The position numbers were made by a program, and so were the translations under genes. A DNA stretch of 40,915 bases from an uncultured Candidatus Saccharibacteria bacterium. Its GTDB lineage: Bacteria; Patescibacteriota; Minisyncoccia; GWC2-36-17; CAYHJU01. Below are positions 8,932 to 19,085 of the stretch, piece after piece. The DNA lies in the NCBI GenBank assembly GCA_964357175.1, contig CAYHJU010000003.1:1-40915 (forward strand). Reading direction: 5' to 3'. The notes below the pieces were generated by a model that worked only from the letters and a program-made list of their open reading frames with translations, was not told the DNA's origin and searched no databases. Numbering within the stretch: the first letter of the stretch is position 1; each line of letters opens with the position of its first letter.

Positions 8932-9341
8932 GCTCTTTTCACTATTTTAGTTTTGAGAGGAAGTTTGGCGGCCGCTCTCATTAAGGCTTCCCTGGCCAAG
9001 GCCTCACTAACACCATCTACTTCGAATAAAATCTTTCCTGGCTTCACAGGAGCGACGTAGTGATCAACGCTTCCCTTGCCACCGCCCATACCCACCTCCG
9101 CGCCTTTTCTAGTAATAGGCTTGTCTGGAAAAAGACGTATCCACACCTTGCCCCCTTTTTGAATATGATGTACTATGGCACGTCTGGCGGATTCAATTTG
9201 TCTAGAATTGATCCATTTTTCTCCAACGGCTTTCAACCCAAAACTACCAAAGCTCAAATAATGACCCCTTGTGGCCATTCCATCAAAACGACGCCTGCCC
9301 TTCTGCCATTTTCTATGTTTTACTTTTTTGGGTGTAAGCAT
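8928..9341 (-). CDS. rplP: 50S ribosomal protein L16
   Basis: [25 protein letters not shown]. Confidence 0.98.
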   Translation of the reverse strand: MLTPKKVKHRKWQKGRRRFDGMATRGHYLSFGSFGLKAVGEKWINSRQIESARRAIVHHIQKGGKVWIRLFPDKPITRKGAEVGMGGGKGSVDHYVAPVKPGKILFEVDGVSEALAREALMRAAAKLPLKTKIVKRA

Positions 9342-9379
9342 AATTCAAAAATTGATTCTTCGCTCAACAATTTTAGTGT

Positions 9380-10126
9380 TTAGTATCTATTACCTTTAAA
9401 CGATCTATTTTTAGTATCAATATTTCCGCTCTTTTCCTTATCTTCTGTTAAAAAATTCTCTCCTTTAAAAATCCATGTTTTCACTCCCACGGTTCCGTAA
9501 CTGTTGTAGGAGGTTGCCTGTCCATAGTCTATATTGGAGCGCAAAGTTTGCAAAGGCATTTTGCCATCAGCCAACCATTCGTCTCGCGACATTTCAGCTC
9601 CATCAAGACGTCCAGAAACTCTAATTCTGACGCCCTGAGCTTCTTTTTGTTGCATAACTTTTTGGATTGTTTGCTTCAGAGCTCTACGAAAAGGCATGCG
9701 CTTTTCCAATTGTTCGGCAACATCTTGAGCAACTATTTGGGCATCAAGATAAATATTTTTCACCTCCTCCACGTCTATTTTTATATCATTCTTTGCAGAT
9801 CTCAATTTAACGTTCGGGGCCAGATATTTTTTGCGCAAACTTTCTATTTCTCTGGTCAAGTCTTTTCTGAATTTTTCTATTTCTATTCCACCACGACCGA
9901 TTAAAAGACCCGGTTTAGATGTTTTTATGGTGATTTTGGTTTTACTGCCAGATCTATCAATTATAGTGGCAGAGATTCCCTTGCGGGCAAAGATTTTACC
10001 AATTTTTTGTCGAATTAAAATATCTTCACGCAAAAATTGCGCGGACATTCTCGGACTAAACCAATTAGCCTGCCAATCTTTGTTTAATCCCAAACGATAT
10101 GCAATTGGATGAATTTTTTGACCCAT
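9380..10126 (-). CDS. rpsC: 30S ribosomal protein S3
   Basis: MGQKIHPIAYRLG, KPGLLIGRGG, SGRLDGAEMSR, PLQTLRSNIDY. Confidence 0.98.
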   Translation of the reverse strand: MGQKIHPIAYRLGLNKDWQANWFSPRMSAQFLREDILIRQKIGKIFARKGISATIIDRSGSKTKITIKTSKPGLLIGRGGIEIEKFRKDLTREIESLRKKYLAPNVKLRSAKNDIKIDVEEVKNIYLDAQIVAQDVAEQLEKRMPFRRALKQTIQKVMQQKEAQGVRIRVSGRLDGAEMSRDEWLADGKMPLQTLRSNIDYGQATSYNSYGTVGVKTWIFKGENFLTEDKEKSGNIDTKNRSFKGNRY

Positions 10127-10131
10127 AGTAA

Positions 10132-10497
10132 TTATTTATTATTCTTGGACGTTGATTTCGTTAAACTATCAGACAAAACCAGAGTGGTATGGCTAGTTCT
10201 TTTTCTAACCATATAGGCAGATCCCCGCGCCCTAGGCCTTGATCTTTTGAGTTTTTTGCCTTCATCAACAAATATTTTTGAAACAATCAGATTGTCAGTG
10301 TCTGTTATCTTAAAATTGTGCTTGGCATTAGCTTCGGCCGATTTTAAGGCCTTTAAAATTATCTCTGCCACTCCTTTGGTTAGAAATTGCATCTGTATTT
10401 TGGCCTCGGATATTTTTTTTCCGCGTATTAAATCAGCGGCAAGGCGAACCTTGCGCGGCGCAACTGATAAATTATTAATTTTGGATAACATTTCCAT
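10132..10497 (-). CDS. rplV: 50S ribosomal protein L22
   Basis: APRKVRLAADLIRGK, RPRARG, KRTSH. Confidence 0.97.
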   Translation of the reverse strand: MEMLSKINNLSVAPRKVRLAADLIRGKKISEAKIQMQFLTKGVAEIILKALKSAEANAKHNFKITDTDNLIVSKIFVDEGKKLKRSRPRARGSAYMVRKRTSHTTLVLSDSLTKSTSKNNK

Positions 10498-10505
10498 ATA
10501 CTAAA

Positions 10506-10859
10506 TTATTTTTTAACGGCACTAGTGCCTTCAGTTTTTTGCTTAGACATCGCTTCAGTTTCTTTAAGTTTGGTGGCCGCTTCCATTTCCTTCTGCATTT
10601 TTCCTCCGTGTCTAGTAAATTTACGTGTTGGTGAAAATTCGCCAAGCTTATAACCCACCATTTCTTCAACTATAAAAACAGGGATGTGTTGTCTGCCATT
10701 ATGAACCTCTATAGTCAAACCAATCATTTCTGGAACCACCGTACTACTTCTTGACCATGTCTTAATAGACGTCCTGGAAGAGCCTAATGATTTGATCTTT
10801 AAAACTTTTTGAAGAAGTTTTTCGTCAACAAAATAATTTTTCTTTGATGATCTACTCAT
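10506..10859 (-). CDS. rpsS: 30S ribosomal protein S19 with C-terminal extension
   Basis: [28 protein letters not shown]. Confidence 0.97.
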   Translation of the reverse strand: MSRSSKKNYFVDEKLLQKVLKIKSLGSSRTSIKTWSRSSTVVPEMIGLTIEVHNGRQHIPVFIVEEMVGYKLGEFSPTRKFTRHGGKMQKEMEAATKLKETEAMSKQKTEGTSAVKK

Positions 10860-10864
10860 ATTTT

Positions 10865-11698
10865 TTATTTACCTTTTTTCTTGCGGCCATACACAATAAA
10901 TTTATTGGAAAGCTTATGTTTGTTTCTGGTTTTTTTACCAAGCGCATGTTTGCCCTGAGGAGTCTTAGGATACGGTAATCCTATAGGTTGGCGACCCTCG
11001 CCTCCTCCGTGAGGATGGTCGCAAGGGTTCATGGCGCTACCTCTGACCGTCGGTCTGCGTCCCAAATGGCGGGATTTTCCGGCCTTGCCCAAATTAGCAA
11101 AAGCATGTTCGGGATTTGAAAGCGTTCCCAAAGAAGCCATACAATTTTCACTCACCTTTCTTATTTCAGAAGAAGGCATCTTGAGATTTGCGTATCCGCC
11201 CTCATGAGCAAAAACTTGAACTGCCACGCCCGCGCCTCGGCCAATTTGTCCGCCTTTGCCAGGTTGCAATTCAACGTTATGCACCATATATCCTACCGGA
11301 ATTTTAGACAAAGGCAACCGATTGCCAGTTTTTAACTCCGCATTGGCATCGCAGGAAACCTTGTCGCCCTCTTTAAGACCGCTAGGAGCCAAAATATACC
11401 TTTTGTCCCCGTCCATGTAGCAAATGAGCGCTATAAAAGATCCGCGATTGGGATCGTATTCTATTGAAGACACTCTTCCCACAACCCCCGGTTTGTCCTG
11501 CTTAAAATCTATCAGACGGTACAATCTCTTGTTACCGCCTCCTTTGTGACGGGTAGTTATCATACCATTTGCCCTGCCATAATTTCTTTTAAAACCGAAG
11601 GTTAAACTCTTTTCAGGTTTTTTATCTTTGGTTAAAGTCGAGTAGTCAACTACTGACATTTGGCGACGAGATGGGGTTGTTGGTTTAAAATATTTCAT
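10865..11698 (-). CDS. rplB: 50S ribosomal protein L2
   Basis: [29 protein letters not shown]. Confidence 0.98.
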   Translation of the reverse strand: MKYFKPTTPSRRQMSVVDYSTLTKDKKPEKSLTFGFKRNYGRANGMITTRHKGGGNKRLYRLIDFKQDKPGVVGRVSSIEYDPNRGSFIALICYMDGDKRYILAPSGLKEGDKVSCDANAELKTGNRLPLSKIPVGYMVHNVELQPGKGGQIGRGAGVAVQVFAHEGGYANLKMPSSEIRKVSENCMASLGTLSNPEHAFANLGKAGKSRHLGRRPTVRGSAMNPCDHPHGGGEGRQPIGLPYPKTPQGKHALGKKTRNKHKLSNKFIVYGRKKKGK

Positions 11699-11702
11699 AT
11701 TT

Positions 11703-12167
11703 TTAATGAGGTAACAAATCTATTTTATAACCCTCTTTGAGCAAAACTGTTGCTTTTTTGTAGCCTGATTTATATCCATACTTATTGCCTCTTCTGCGTA
11801 ATTTTGTTGGTGTATTTATAATATGGACAGATTCCACCTTTACATCATAAAGAGACTGTATGGCTTTTTTAACCTCTATTTTATTTGCTTTAGGAAAAAC
11901 TTTAAACGTGTATTTATTGTTAGCATTATCTCCGGTTGTTTTTTCAGTGATGTGCGGGGCTATGATAACCTTGTGAGCTGTGCCGCTTGAAGCCTTTACT
12001 TGAGGGGCGCGCTTTTCCGATTTTTCATCAGTTAAAATTCCTTCCGATTTTTTCTCTTTGTTAGCCAAAACACTGCGGACTTTTTCGGTCCTTTGCATAT
12101 CTTTTTTGGATTTCTTTGCGCTCGCACCCAATCCTATGGAACTTTTAATTTTATTTAAAAATGACAT
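11703..12167 (-). CDS. rplW: 50S ribosomal protein L23 with about 60-aa N-terminal extension
   Basis: IIAPHITEK, YTFKV, ANKIEVKKAI, YKKATVLL in the C-terminal 90 aa; operon position. Confidence 0.93.
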   Translation of the reverse strand: MSFLNKIKSSIGLGASAKKSKKDMQRTEKVRSVLANKEKKSEGILTDEKSEKRAPQVKASSGTAHKVIIAPHITEKTTGDNANNKYTFKVFPKANKIEVKKAIQSLYDVKVESVHIINTPTKLRRRGNKYGYKSGYKKATVLLKEGYKIDLLPH

Positions 12168-12178
12168 AAATAGAAATT

Positions 12179-12865
12179 TTATTTCTCTGGACTATTTTTT
12201 TTACTAAACAGGCTTTGAATAGGTTCTATGCCTTTTTCTGACAACAACACAACTCCAAAAGAAAGGATTCGGCTTGCGCTGGCGTTACGCGCTTCATCCA
12301 TGAAGGCATATGGCAAATTTCTTATCGAGCGTCCAAAATTTTTATCATATGTGGGAGCGAGTATGAGAGTTTTTGGTGTTTTTGATTTTTTGCCTTCAGA
12401 TACCATTTTCACATTTTTTAAAAATTCCTTCAATAAAACATCTGCTGTTTTGGTCTTGGCGGTGTCTTTTGTTTCAAAATCTTTTACAATAAACAGCTTG
12501 CCCTCTCTTAATTTTTCCGATAAAACGCAAGACAAGGCGCCTTTGAGCATTTTTTTATTTATCTTTTTGTTATCAAAAACTTTTTCCTTTTTTGGTCCAT
12601 GAGAAACTCCGCCACCCCTCCACAAAGGAGATCGGATTGAACCATGACGAGCACGGCCAGTATGTTTTTGTTTCCATGGCTTTCTTCCTCCCCCGCTGAC
12701 CTGGGCGCGATCTTTGGTTGAAGCGATGGTTTTTCGCAAATTGGAAGCAGAAGAAACAACCACCTGATAAACCAAATCGGCATTCCAAGGAATGTTAAAA
12801 ATGTTGTCGGGCAACTGTATTGTCCCTTGTGTTTCTCCTTTTTGATTGTAGAGATTCGTCTGCAT
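12179..12865 (-). CDS. rplD: 50S ribosomal protein L4
   Basis: TKDRAQVSGGGRKPWKQKHTGRARHGSIRSPLWRGGG. Confidence 0.98.
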   Translation of the reverse strand: MQTNLYNQKGETQGTIQLPDNIFNIPWNADLVYQVVVSSASNLRKTIASTKDRAQVSGGGRKPWKQKHTGRARHGSIRSPLWRGGGVSHGPKKEKVFDNKKINKKMLKGALSCVLSEKLREGKLFIVKDFETKDTAKTKTADVLLKEFLKNVKMVSEGKKSKTPKTLILAPTYDKNFGRSIRNLPYAFMDEARNASASRILSFGVVLLSEKGIEPIQSLFSKKNSPEK

Positions 12866-12869
12866 GTTT

Positions 12870-13496
12870 TTACTTTCCTGATTTTATTTCTACTAAAATT
12901 CCGTTTCTGCCCGGCACAGCACCCTTAATGGCCAAAATATTATTTGGGACATCAACTTCAATAACCTTTAGATTTTTGACAGTTATTCTCTTTCCACCCA
13001 TGCGGCCGGCCATTCTTTGGCCCTTTAAAACTCTTTGTGGCCAAACAGAACCAATAGATCCAGGGGCTCTGTGGCTGTGTTTTTGTCCGTGGCTTGCCGG
13101 TCCTCCGTGAAATCCATGGCGCTTTACCACGCCCTGAAAACCTTTAGCTTTAGAAATTGCAGAAACCATCACCTCGTCGCCTTCTTTAAAAATGGAAGCA
13201 TCAAATTTTGAACCACGAACCATCTCCACTCCATCTATTAAAAACCCGCCCGCTTTAGAGGATTTGAATTCTTTCAAGTGTCTTGCGCTTCCAATATCTT
13301 TCAGGTGCCCCTGAAGGGATTTGTTCATTTTCTTTTTAGTGCCAAAACCAATCTGGGCGGACTCATATCCGTCTTTATCTTTAGATTTTAATTGGGTAAT
13401 AACGCAAGGTCCCGCCTCTATCAAAGTGACCGGTATGACTATATCATCTTTCAAAATTTGCGTCATTCCAATTTTTTTACCTAAAATACATTTCAT
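12870..13496 (-). CDS. rplC: 50S ribosomal protein L3
   Basis: GKKIGMTQ, KGFQGVVKRHGF, HRAPGSIG, KGAVPG. Confidence 0.98.
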   Translation of the reverse strand: MKCILGKKIGMTQILKDDIVIPVTLIEAGPCVITQLKSKDKDGYESAQIGFGTKKKMNKSLQGHLKDIGSARHLKEFKSSKAGGFLIDGVEMVRGSKFDASIFKEGDEVMVSAISKAKGFQGVVKRHGFHGGPASHGQKHSHRAPGSIGSVWPQRVLKGQRMAGRMGGKRITVKNLKVIEVDVPNNILAIKGAVPGRNGILVEIKSGK

Positions 13497-13525
13497 AATT
13501 ATTGCGGTAACAAAAATCGGGCGTT

Positions 13526-13550
13526 TAACCCGATTTTCGGCTAAACAAAA
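13526..13550 (-). terminator. Hairpin between rpsJ and rplC (terminator- or attenuator-like)
   Basis: AAAATCGGG-TTAAACG-CCCGATTTTT on the minus strand. Confidence 0.45.
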
Positions 13551-13599
13551 ATAAAAATTAAAAATTTTTTAAAAATAGCATAGGGTTTCTCAAAAATAC

Positions 13600-13977
13600 T
13601 TAGAGCATTTTGAGTTCTATTTCCACGCCAGCTGGCAAACTTAAATTCGTAAGAGCGTCTGTTGTTTTGGGATTAATATTAACTATATCTATCAATCTTT
13701 TATGGACTCTCAATTCATATTGTTCTCTTGAATCTTTGTGCACAAATGTAGATCGATTAACGGTATATTTTCTGAATTCGGTAGGCAAAGGTATAGGACC
13801 TATCACATCTGAACCATTGCGCAGTGCCGCATCCACTATTTGCTTGGCACTATTGTCAATAATTCTATTGTCATAGGAACGGATCTTTATCCGCACCTTG
13901 GTCTTAAATCCTTTACCGTCTATTTCTGGAGAAGCTTCCGGTTTTTTAGACACTTTTTTAACTGATTTTGGAGACAT
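13600..13977 (-). CDS. rpsJ: 30S ribosomal protein S10 (NusE) with N-terminal extension
   Basis: [40 protein letters not shown]. Confidence 0.97.
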   Translation of the reverse strand: MSPKSVKKVSKKPEASPEIDGKGFKTKVRIKIRSYDNRIIDNSAKQIVDAALRNGSDVIGPIPLPTEFRKYTVNRSTFVHKDSREQYELRVHKRLIDIVNINPKTTDALTNLSLPAGVEIELKML

Positions 13978-14011
13978 ACTATTTTGTTAAGAACAATTTA
14001 AATTTTCACGA

Positions 14012-14048
14012 AAAACAGGAACAATTTTCAAAAGTTCCTGTTTTTTTA
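14012..14048 (-). terminator. Hairpin after tuf
   Basis: AAAACAGGAAC...GTTCCTGTTTT inverted repeat right after the tuf stop. Confidence 0.55.
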
Positions 14049-14049
14049 A

Positions 14050-15243
14050 CTACACGATTATCTTGGAGACCGCCCCGGCCCCGACTGTCTTGCCGCCTTC
14101 GCGAATGGCAAATCTCTGTTTTTCCTCGAGCGCCACAGAAGCGAGCAGTTTAACCTTTATGGAGATAGTATCACCTGGCATAACCATTTCAACGCCTTCC
14201 GGTAAAATAACTTCACCAGTCACATCAGTGGTGCGGATATAAAACTGTGGTTTGTATCCTTTGAAAAATGGAGTGTGTCGTCCACCTTCTTCTTTGGTCA
14301 AGACGTAAATTTCACCTTCAAATTCAGTATGGGGATTAACACTTCCGGGTTTCACGATAACCTGTCCGCGCTCCACGTCTTCTTTCTTGAGACCGCGTAA
14401 AAGTATTCCGGCATTATCTCCAGCCACACCTTCATCCAAAGATTTGTTGAACATTTCAATTCCGGTAACAACAGTTTTTTGTGTTGGACGAAGTCCGACT
14501 ATTTCAACTTCATCGTTTACTTTGATTTTTCCTCTCTCAACACGTCCAGTAACTACTGTGCCACGTCCTTCAATTGAGAAGACGTCTTCAATGGCCAATA
14601 AAAACGGCTTGTCGATTTCACGAGTTGGTTCAGGAACATACGAATCCAAAGCCGCCACTAAATCCAAAATTGGCTTAACGGCCGGATCATCCAATGACTT
14701 GGCCTCCAATGCTTTAAGAGCAGAGCCGCGGATAATAGGAGTTTCGTTTCCTGGAAAATTATATTTGGACAAAAGTTCACGAATTTCTACTTCCACCAAG
14801 TCAACAAGCTCCGGATCATCCACCATATCAACTTTGTTTAAAAATACTACTATAGAAGGCACGCCTACCTGACGAGCAAGCAAGATGTGCTCTCTGGTTT
14901 GGGGCATTGGACCGTCAGCCGCAGAAACAACCAAAACCGCGCCGTCCATCTGAGCGGCACCTGTGATCATGTTCTTTATATAGTCGGCGTGTCCTGGAGC
15001 ATCAATGTGAGCGTAGTGCCTATTTTCGGATTCATATTCAGAGTGATGCAAGGCAATAGTAATACCACGAGCTTTTTCCTCAGGAGCATTGTCGATTTGA
15101 TCAACTCCTTCTTCCTTTTTAGCCAAACCCTTCATGAAAAGCACGTGGGTAATAGCCGCGGTCAAGGTAGTTTTACCATGATCAACGTGACCAATAGTAC
15201 CGACGTTCACATGAGGTTTTGTGCGTTCAAATTTTTCTGCCAT
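14050..15243 (-). CDS. tuf: Elongation factor Tu
   Basis: [41 protein letters not shown]. Confidence 0.99.
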   Translation of the reverse strand: MAEKFERTKPHVNVGTIGHVDHGKTTLTAAITHVLFMKGLAKKEEGVDQIDNAPEEKARGITIALHHSEYESENRHYAHIDAPGHADYIKNMITGAAQMDGAVLVVSAADGPMPQTREHILLARQVGVPSIVVFLNKVDMVDDPELVDLVEVEIRELLSKYNFPGNETPIIRGSALKALEAKSLDDPAVKPILDLVAALDSYVPEPTREIDKPFLLAIEDVFSIEGRGTVVTGRVERGKIKVNDEVEIVGLRPTQKTVVTGIEMFNKSLDEGVAGDNAGILLRGLKKEDVERGQVIVKPGSVNPHTEFEGEIYVLTKEEGGRHTPFFKGYKPQFYIRTTDVTGEVILPEGVEMVMPGDTISIKVKLLASVALEEKQRFAIREGGKTVGAGAVSKIIV

Positions 15244-15315
15244 ATTTTTATTTCTTAAATTATATTAAATTATAAATAATTATGTAATTTAGTTTATTAA
15301 ATTAACATCTATTAC

Positions 15316-15343
15316 ATTTTATACAAAAAAATCTCCTTGTCAA
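15316..15343 (-). promoter_or_regulatory. tuf promoter TTGACA-16-TAAAAT
   Basis: -35 at 15338-15343, directly abutting a mini-MITE. Confidence 0.6.
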
Positions 15344-15395
15344 CCCCGTTAAATAATTTTCTTCGAAAATTGGGACTTTGCCCCATTTAACAGGG
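15344..15395. mobile_element. 52-bp mini-MITE of the CCCCGTTA family with TCAA target duplication
   Basis: CCCCGTTAAAT...ATTTAACAGGG (1 mismatch). TCAA at 15340-15343 and 15396-15399. Confidence 0.7.
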
Positions 15396-15418
15396 TCAAC
15401 CCTCTGGCGCCCTCTCGC

Positions 15419-15688
15419 CTATATGGGCAGGTCAGACAAGCTAAACTTAATATCTTTTTCTTCCGAAACATCATAGGCGATCTCTTCTTCCAATTCGTCC
15501 AACATCAAATTTTGAACCGCATCATCTGACGCATCAACCTCAACGCTTTTGCTCAATTCACTTTCAGCTGGAATCAGTTTTTCAAAAAACGAATACTCCA
15601 TGATGACGTACGCCGGCTTTTCATTCTCCAATATCACTGCTGATGACGCTCCGTTTTTTAGTAACTGCTTTATCTTATTAAGCAACAT
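15419..15688 (-). CDS. Hypothetical protein with Phd/YefM-like N-terminus and acidic tail
   Basis: AVILENEKPAYVIM resembles the Phd VI.xNGKP.AV signature; no toxin gene is adjacent. Confidence 0.6.
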   Translation of the reverse strand: MLLNKIKQLLKNGASSAVILENEKPAYVIMEYSFFEKLIPAESELSKSVEVDASDDAVQNLMLDELEEEIAYDVSEEKDIKFSLSDLPI

Positions 15689-15819
15689 AAAATAATTTCT
15701 AATTTTTAATTTCTAATTTCTAAACAATTTTTAATGATTTAATTTTAAAACTTTTTAATTAGAAATTGAGTAATTGGAAATTAATTGAAAATTGAGAATT
15801 GAAAATTGAAAATTGAAAA
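15689..15819. repeat. AT-rich 7-nt-periodic hairpin element, copy 3
   Basis: Same core as copies 1 and 2 (TTTCTAAACAATTTTTAATGATTTAATTTT...AGAAATTGAGTAATTGGAAATT) with extra GAAAATT units. Confidence 0.85.
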
Positions 15820-17931
15820 CTATCTCTTCTTGCCTTCAACTATCTGTTGAGTAATATTCTGGGGCACTTCTTCATAGTGGCTAAATTCCATCGTGTAAGA
15901 AGCGCGGCCTTCCGTCATAGAGCGAAGCTGTGTTGAATATCCAAACATATTTGCTAACGGAATTTTAGAATCCACCACCCTCATCTGTCCGCGCTCACCC
16001 ATATTATCTATTCTGCCGCGTCGAGAGTTTAAATCGCCTGTCACATCTCCCAAGAAATTTGCTGGAGTCACAACCTCAACTTTCATAATCGGCTCAAGTA
16101 AAATAGGCTCGGCTCTTTTTGCGGCTGATTGTAGCGCCATAGATCCGGCAATTTTAAACGCCGCCTCGGAAGAGTCCACATCGTGATATGATCCATCGTA
16201 AAGCGTTACAGCTACGTCCTGCAGAGGAAATCCAGCCACCACACCCTTTTCCATCGCCTCTTTCACGCCTTTTTCAATAGGAGAAATAAATTCCTGAGGA
16301 ATAACGCCCCCTTTAATGTCGTTGATAAATTCAAATCCTTTTCCACGTTCAAGCGGCTCAATACGAATACGGCAATGGCCATATTGTCCGTGTCCACCCG
16401 ATTGCCTGATATATTTTCCCTCCGCTTCAGCTTCACTTTTAATCGTTTCTTTATAAGCTACCTGTGGCTTTCCTGTATTGACCCCCACATTAAATTCACG
16501 GAACATTCTGTCTACCAAAATTTCCAAATGCAACTCACCCATTCCGGAAATAATCGTTTCAGCCGTTTCCTGGTCCACCTTAACTCTAAAGGTCGGATCT
16601 TCATCCAATAATCTCTTGAGCGCCAATCCCATTTTTTCCTGGTCAGCTTTTGTTTTAGGCTCTACTCTCAAAGAGATGACCGGTTCCGGAAATTCTATTT
16701 TTTCTAAAACAACCATATGGTCTGGATCGCAAAGGGTGTCCCCTGTTCTAGTGTCTTTAAGTCCCACTGCCGCGGCAATTTCACCCGCCTGAACCTCTTC
16801 AATTTCTTCGCGCTGGTTGGCGTGCATGCGCAAAATTCTTCCAATTCTTTCCTTATTGCCACTCGTAGCATTTACAATATAAGATCCCTTATTTAAAACT
16901 CCTGAATAAACTCTAAAATATGTTAAAAATCCAACATATGGATCAGACGCCACCTTAAAAGCTAACGCGGCAAATGGCGCGTCATCTTTGGCTTCCACTG
17001 TAATTTCCGAATTGTCTTTAGAATTTATAGCTTTAAGCGGTGGCACTTCCAATGGCGATGGCAAAAAGTCCGCCACTCCGTCCAAGACCAATTGAACCCC
17101 TTTGTTTTTTAAGGAAGATCCGCAAAGGACAGGATTTATTTTTGACTCAACAGTTAAGCGATGTATTGCCTGACGCAACTCTTCTAGACTAATCTCCTGG
17201 CCATTTAAATATTTTTCCGTTAGCGCATCATCTTCTCCGGCAATCGCCTCAACCATTTTTGCCCTCCAAGACTCTGCAGACCCCTTCAAATCCTCCGGAA
17301 TTTCTTCCAGTACAACTTTTTCTCCTTTTTCTCCTTCAAATCTCACCGCTTTCATTCTTAATAAATCAATCACTCCGGAAAATTTTTCTTCCAGGCCTAT
17401 TGGTATTTGAATTGCTACCGCCTTGGGATTTAAACGCTCATGAATGGACGCCAAGCTTTTTTCAAAGTCAGCTCCAATTCTATCCAATTTATTTATAAAA
17501 CAAAGTCGCGGAACATTATATTTGTCCGCTTGATGCCACACAGTTTCTGATTGAGGCTCTACTCCCGCCACACCATCAAAAACCACCACCCCTCCATCCA
17601 AAACGCGCAAAGATCTTTCAACCTCTGCCGTAAAATCCACATGTCCTGGAGTATCAATAATGTTAATTTTTATCTTTCTTTTTTTAGCTTCTTCTGGACT
17701 AGTTACATAAGTCGGGGACCAAAAACAAGTAGTGGCGGCAGAAGTAATAGTGATACCTCTTTCTCTTTCTTGTTCCATCCAATCCATAATCGCCTCACCC
17801 TCATGCACCTCGCCGATTTTGTGGGAAATTCCCGTATAAAACAAAACCCGCTCAGAAGTAGTGGTCTTGCCGGCGTCTATGTGAGCAATAATGCCTATAT
17901 TTCTTACTTTATCTATCGAATAATCTCTCAT
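15820..17931 (-). CDS. fusA: Elongation factor G
   Basis: [52 protein letters not shown]. Confidence 0.99.
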   Translation of the reverse strand: MRDYSIDKVRNIGIIAHIDAGKTTTSERVLFYTGISHKIGEVHEGEAIMDWMEQERERGITITSAATTCFWSPTYVTSPEEAKKRKIKINIIDTPGHVDFTAEVERSLRVLDGGVVVFDGVAGVEPQSETVWHQADKYNVPRLCFINKLDRIGADFEKSLASIHERLNPKAVAIQIPIGLEEKFSGVIDLLRMKAVRFEGEKGEKVVLEEIPEDLKGSAESWRAKMVEAIAGEDDALTEKYLNGQEISLEELRQAIHRLTVESKINPVLCGSSLKNKGVQLVLDGVADFLPSPLEVPPLKAINSKDNSEITVEAKDDAPFAALAFKVASDPYVGFLTYFRVYSGVLNKGSYIVNATSGNKERIGRILRMHANQREEIEEVQAGEIAAAVGLKDTRTGDTLCDPDHMVVLEKIEFPEPVISLRVEPKTKADQEKMGLALKRLLDEDPTFRVKVDQETAETIISGMGELHLEILVDRMFREFNVGVNTGKPQVAYKETIKSEAEAEGKYIRQSGGHGQYGHCRIRIEPLERGKGFEFINDIKGGVIPQEFISPIEKGVKEAMEKGVVAGFPLQDVAVTLYDGSYHDVDSSEAAFKIAGSMALQSAAKRAEPILLEPIMKVEVVTPANFLGDVTGDLNSRRGRIDNMGERGQMRVVDSKIPLANMFGYSTQLRSMTEGRASYTMEFSHYEEVPQNITQQIVEGKKR

Positions 17932-17933
17932 AT

Positions 17934-18401
17934 TTACCAGGAAAAATGAGCGAACGCTTTATTGGCTTCAGCCATTTTGTGCGTATCTATTTTCTTTTTA
18001 ACGGCCGCTCCCTCATTTTTGGACGCTAAGATTAATTCATCTGCCAATCTTTCTGCCATTGGCTTGCCCTTTTTAGACCTAGAGGCATTAAGTATCCAGC
18101 GAAAAGCCAAGGCCTGTTTTCTTTCTCCTCTCACTTCTCTCGGCACTTGATATGTGGCACCGCCTATTCTGCGGGACTTAATTTCCAAAAGAGGCGCGGC
18201 ATTATTCAAGGCCAAATTTAAAACTTCCAATGGCTCCTTTTTGGTTATTTCCTGTACCTTATTTAGGGCGGCATACATCACCTTTTCCGCCACGGATTTT
18301 TTTCCATTCTTCATTACACTATTTATAAACTTTGCCACCACAATGCTCTGGTATTTAAAATCTGGCTCAACACCTGATCTTTTTTTGATTTGTCTTCTCA
18401 T
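17934..18401 (-). CDS. rpsG: 30S ribosomal protein S7
   Basis: [25 protein letters not shown]. Confidence 0.98.
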   Translation of the reverse strand: MRRQIKKRSGVEPDFKYQSIVVAKFINSVMKNGKKSVAEKVMYAALNKVQEITKKEPLEVLNLALNNAAPLLEIKSRRIGGATYQVPREVRGERKQALAFRWILNASRSKKGKPMAERLADELILASKNEGAAVKKKIDTHKMAEANKAFAHFSW

Positions 18402-18411
18402 AAATGCTTAA

Positions 18412-18822
18412 TTATTTGGGTTTTTTAGTTCCGTATTTAGATCTCTCCTGCTTGCGGCCCTCCACTCCTCCCATATCTAAAACTCCGCGCACGATATGAT
18501 ATCTCACTCCCGGCAAATCTTTCACGCGCCCTCCCCGGATCATTACCACCGAGTGTTCTTGCAGGTTGTGTCCTTCGCCTGGAATATAAGCGGTTACTTC
18601 CATACCGTTGGTAAGACGCACACGCGCCACTTTGCGCAAAGCTGAGTTTGGTTTTTTGGGCGTAGTGGTTGTTACTTTTGTACAAACCCCTCTTTTAAAG
18701 GGTGAGAAAAAATGAGCCGGTTTATTTTTCAATACATTAAACCCGCGCATCAAGGCTGGCGTCTTGGATTTGGCGGTAATTTTCTTACGAGGCTTTTTAA
18801 TTAATTGGTTTATTGTTGACAT
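18412..18822 (-). CDS. rpsL: 30S ribosomal protein S12
   Basis: [39 protein letters not shown]. Confidence 0.99.
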   Translation of the reverse strand: MSTINQLIKKPRKKITAKSKTPALMRGFNVLKNKPAHFFSPFKRGVCTKVTTTTPKKPNSALRKVARVRLTNGMEVTAYIPGEGHNLQEHSVVMIRGGRVKDLPGVRYHIVRGVLDMGGVEGRKQERSKYGTKKPK

Positions 18823-18882
18823 AATAAAATATAGAGATTATAAATCCTGCAAAAAGGTGCAGGATAAACACAATTATTATTA

Positions 18883-18910
18883 AATTTAGCAGAATAAAAG
18901 AAGATGTCAA
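18883..18910 (-). promoter_or_regulatory. str operon promoter TTGACA-16-TGnTAAATT
   Basis: -35 at 18905-18910, directly abutting a MITE; -10 at 18883-18888. Confidence 0.7.
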
Positions 18911-19021
18911 CCCCGTTAGAAGTTCAAACATGTCTTGGATGTTTAATCTGCCAAAAGGCGAAGCCGACTATCGTCTCAAATTGACTTTTTATTAACGATA
19001 TAATTAAAACTTCTAACGGGG
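18911..19021. mobile_element. 111-bp MITE of the CCCCGTTA family with TCAA target duplication
   Basis: Perfect 14-bp TIRs CCCCGTTAGAAGTT (18911-18924) and AACTTCTAACGGGG (19008-19021). TCAA at 18907-18910 and 19022-19025. Confidence 0.8.
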
Positions 19022-19085
19022 TCAACCCCACTCTTTTGATGCCACATTAAAAGAACAAGAATTTTAAAAAATATAGAAACTTTTT

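Noticed and set aside
13244-13265. SSKAGGF insert in L3 as another palindrome insertion
   Set aside because: TCCTCTAAAGCGGGCGGG is not a convincing palindrome and matches the 15-mer family poorly.
13627-13637. GCCAGCTGGC palindrome core in rpsJ
   Set aside because: It encodes the normal conserved LPAG of S10, so it is coincidental.
4996-18411. Many plus-strand ORFs of 60-160 aa opposite ribosomal and elongation factor genes
   Set aside because: These are antisense shadows of highly conserved genes, with no SD, promoter or recognisable motifs.
18981-19004. TTGACT...TATAAT outward promoter inside the 111-bp MITE
   Set aside because: The spacer is only 12 bp, which is incompatible with sigma70 geometry.
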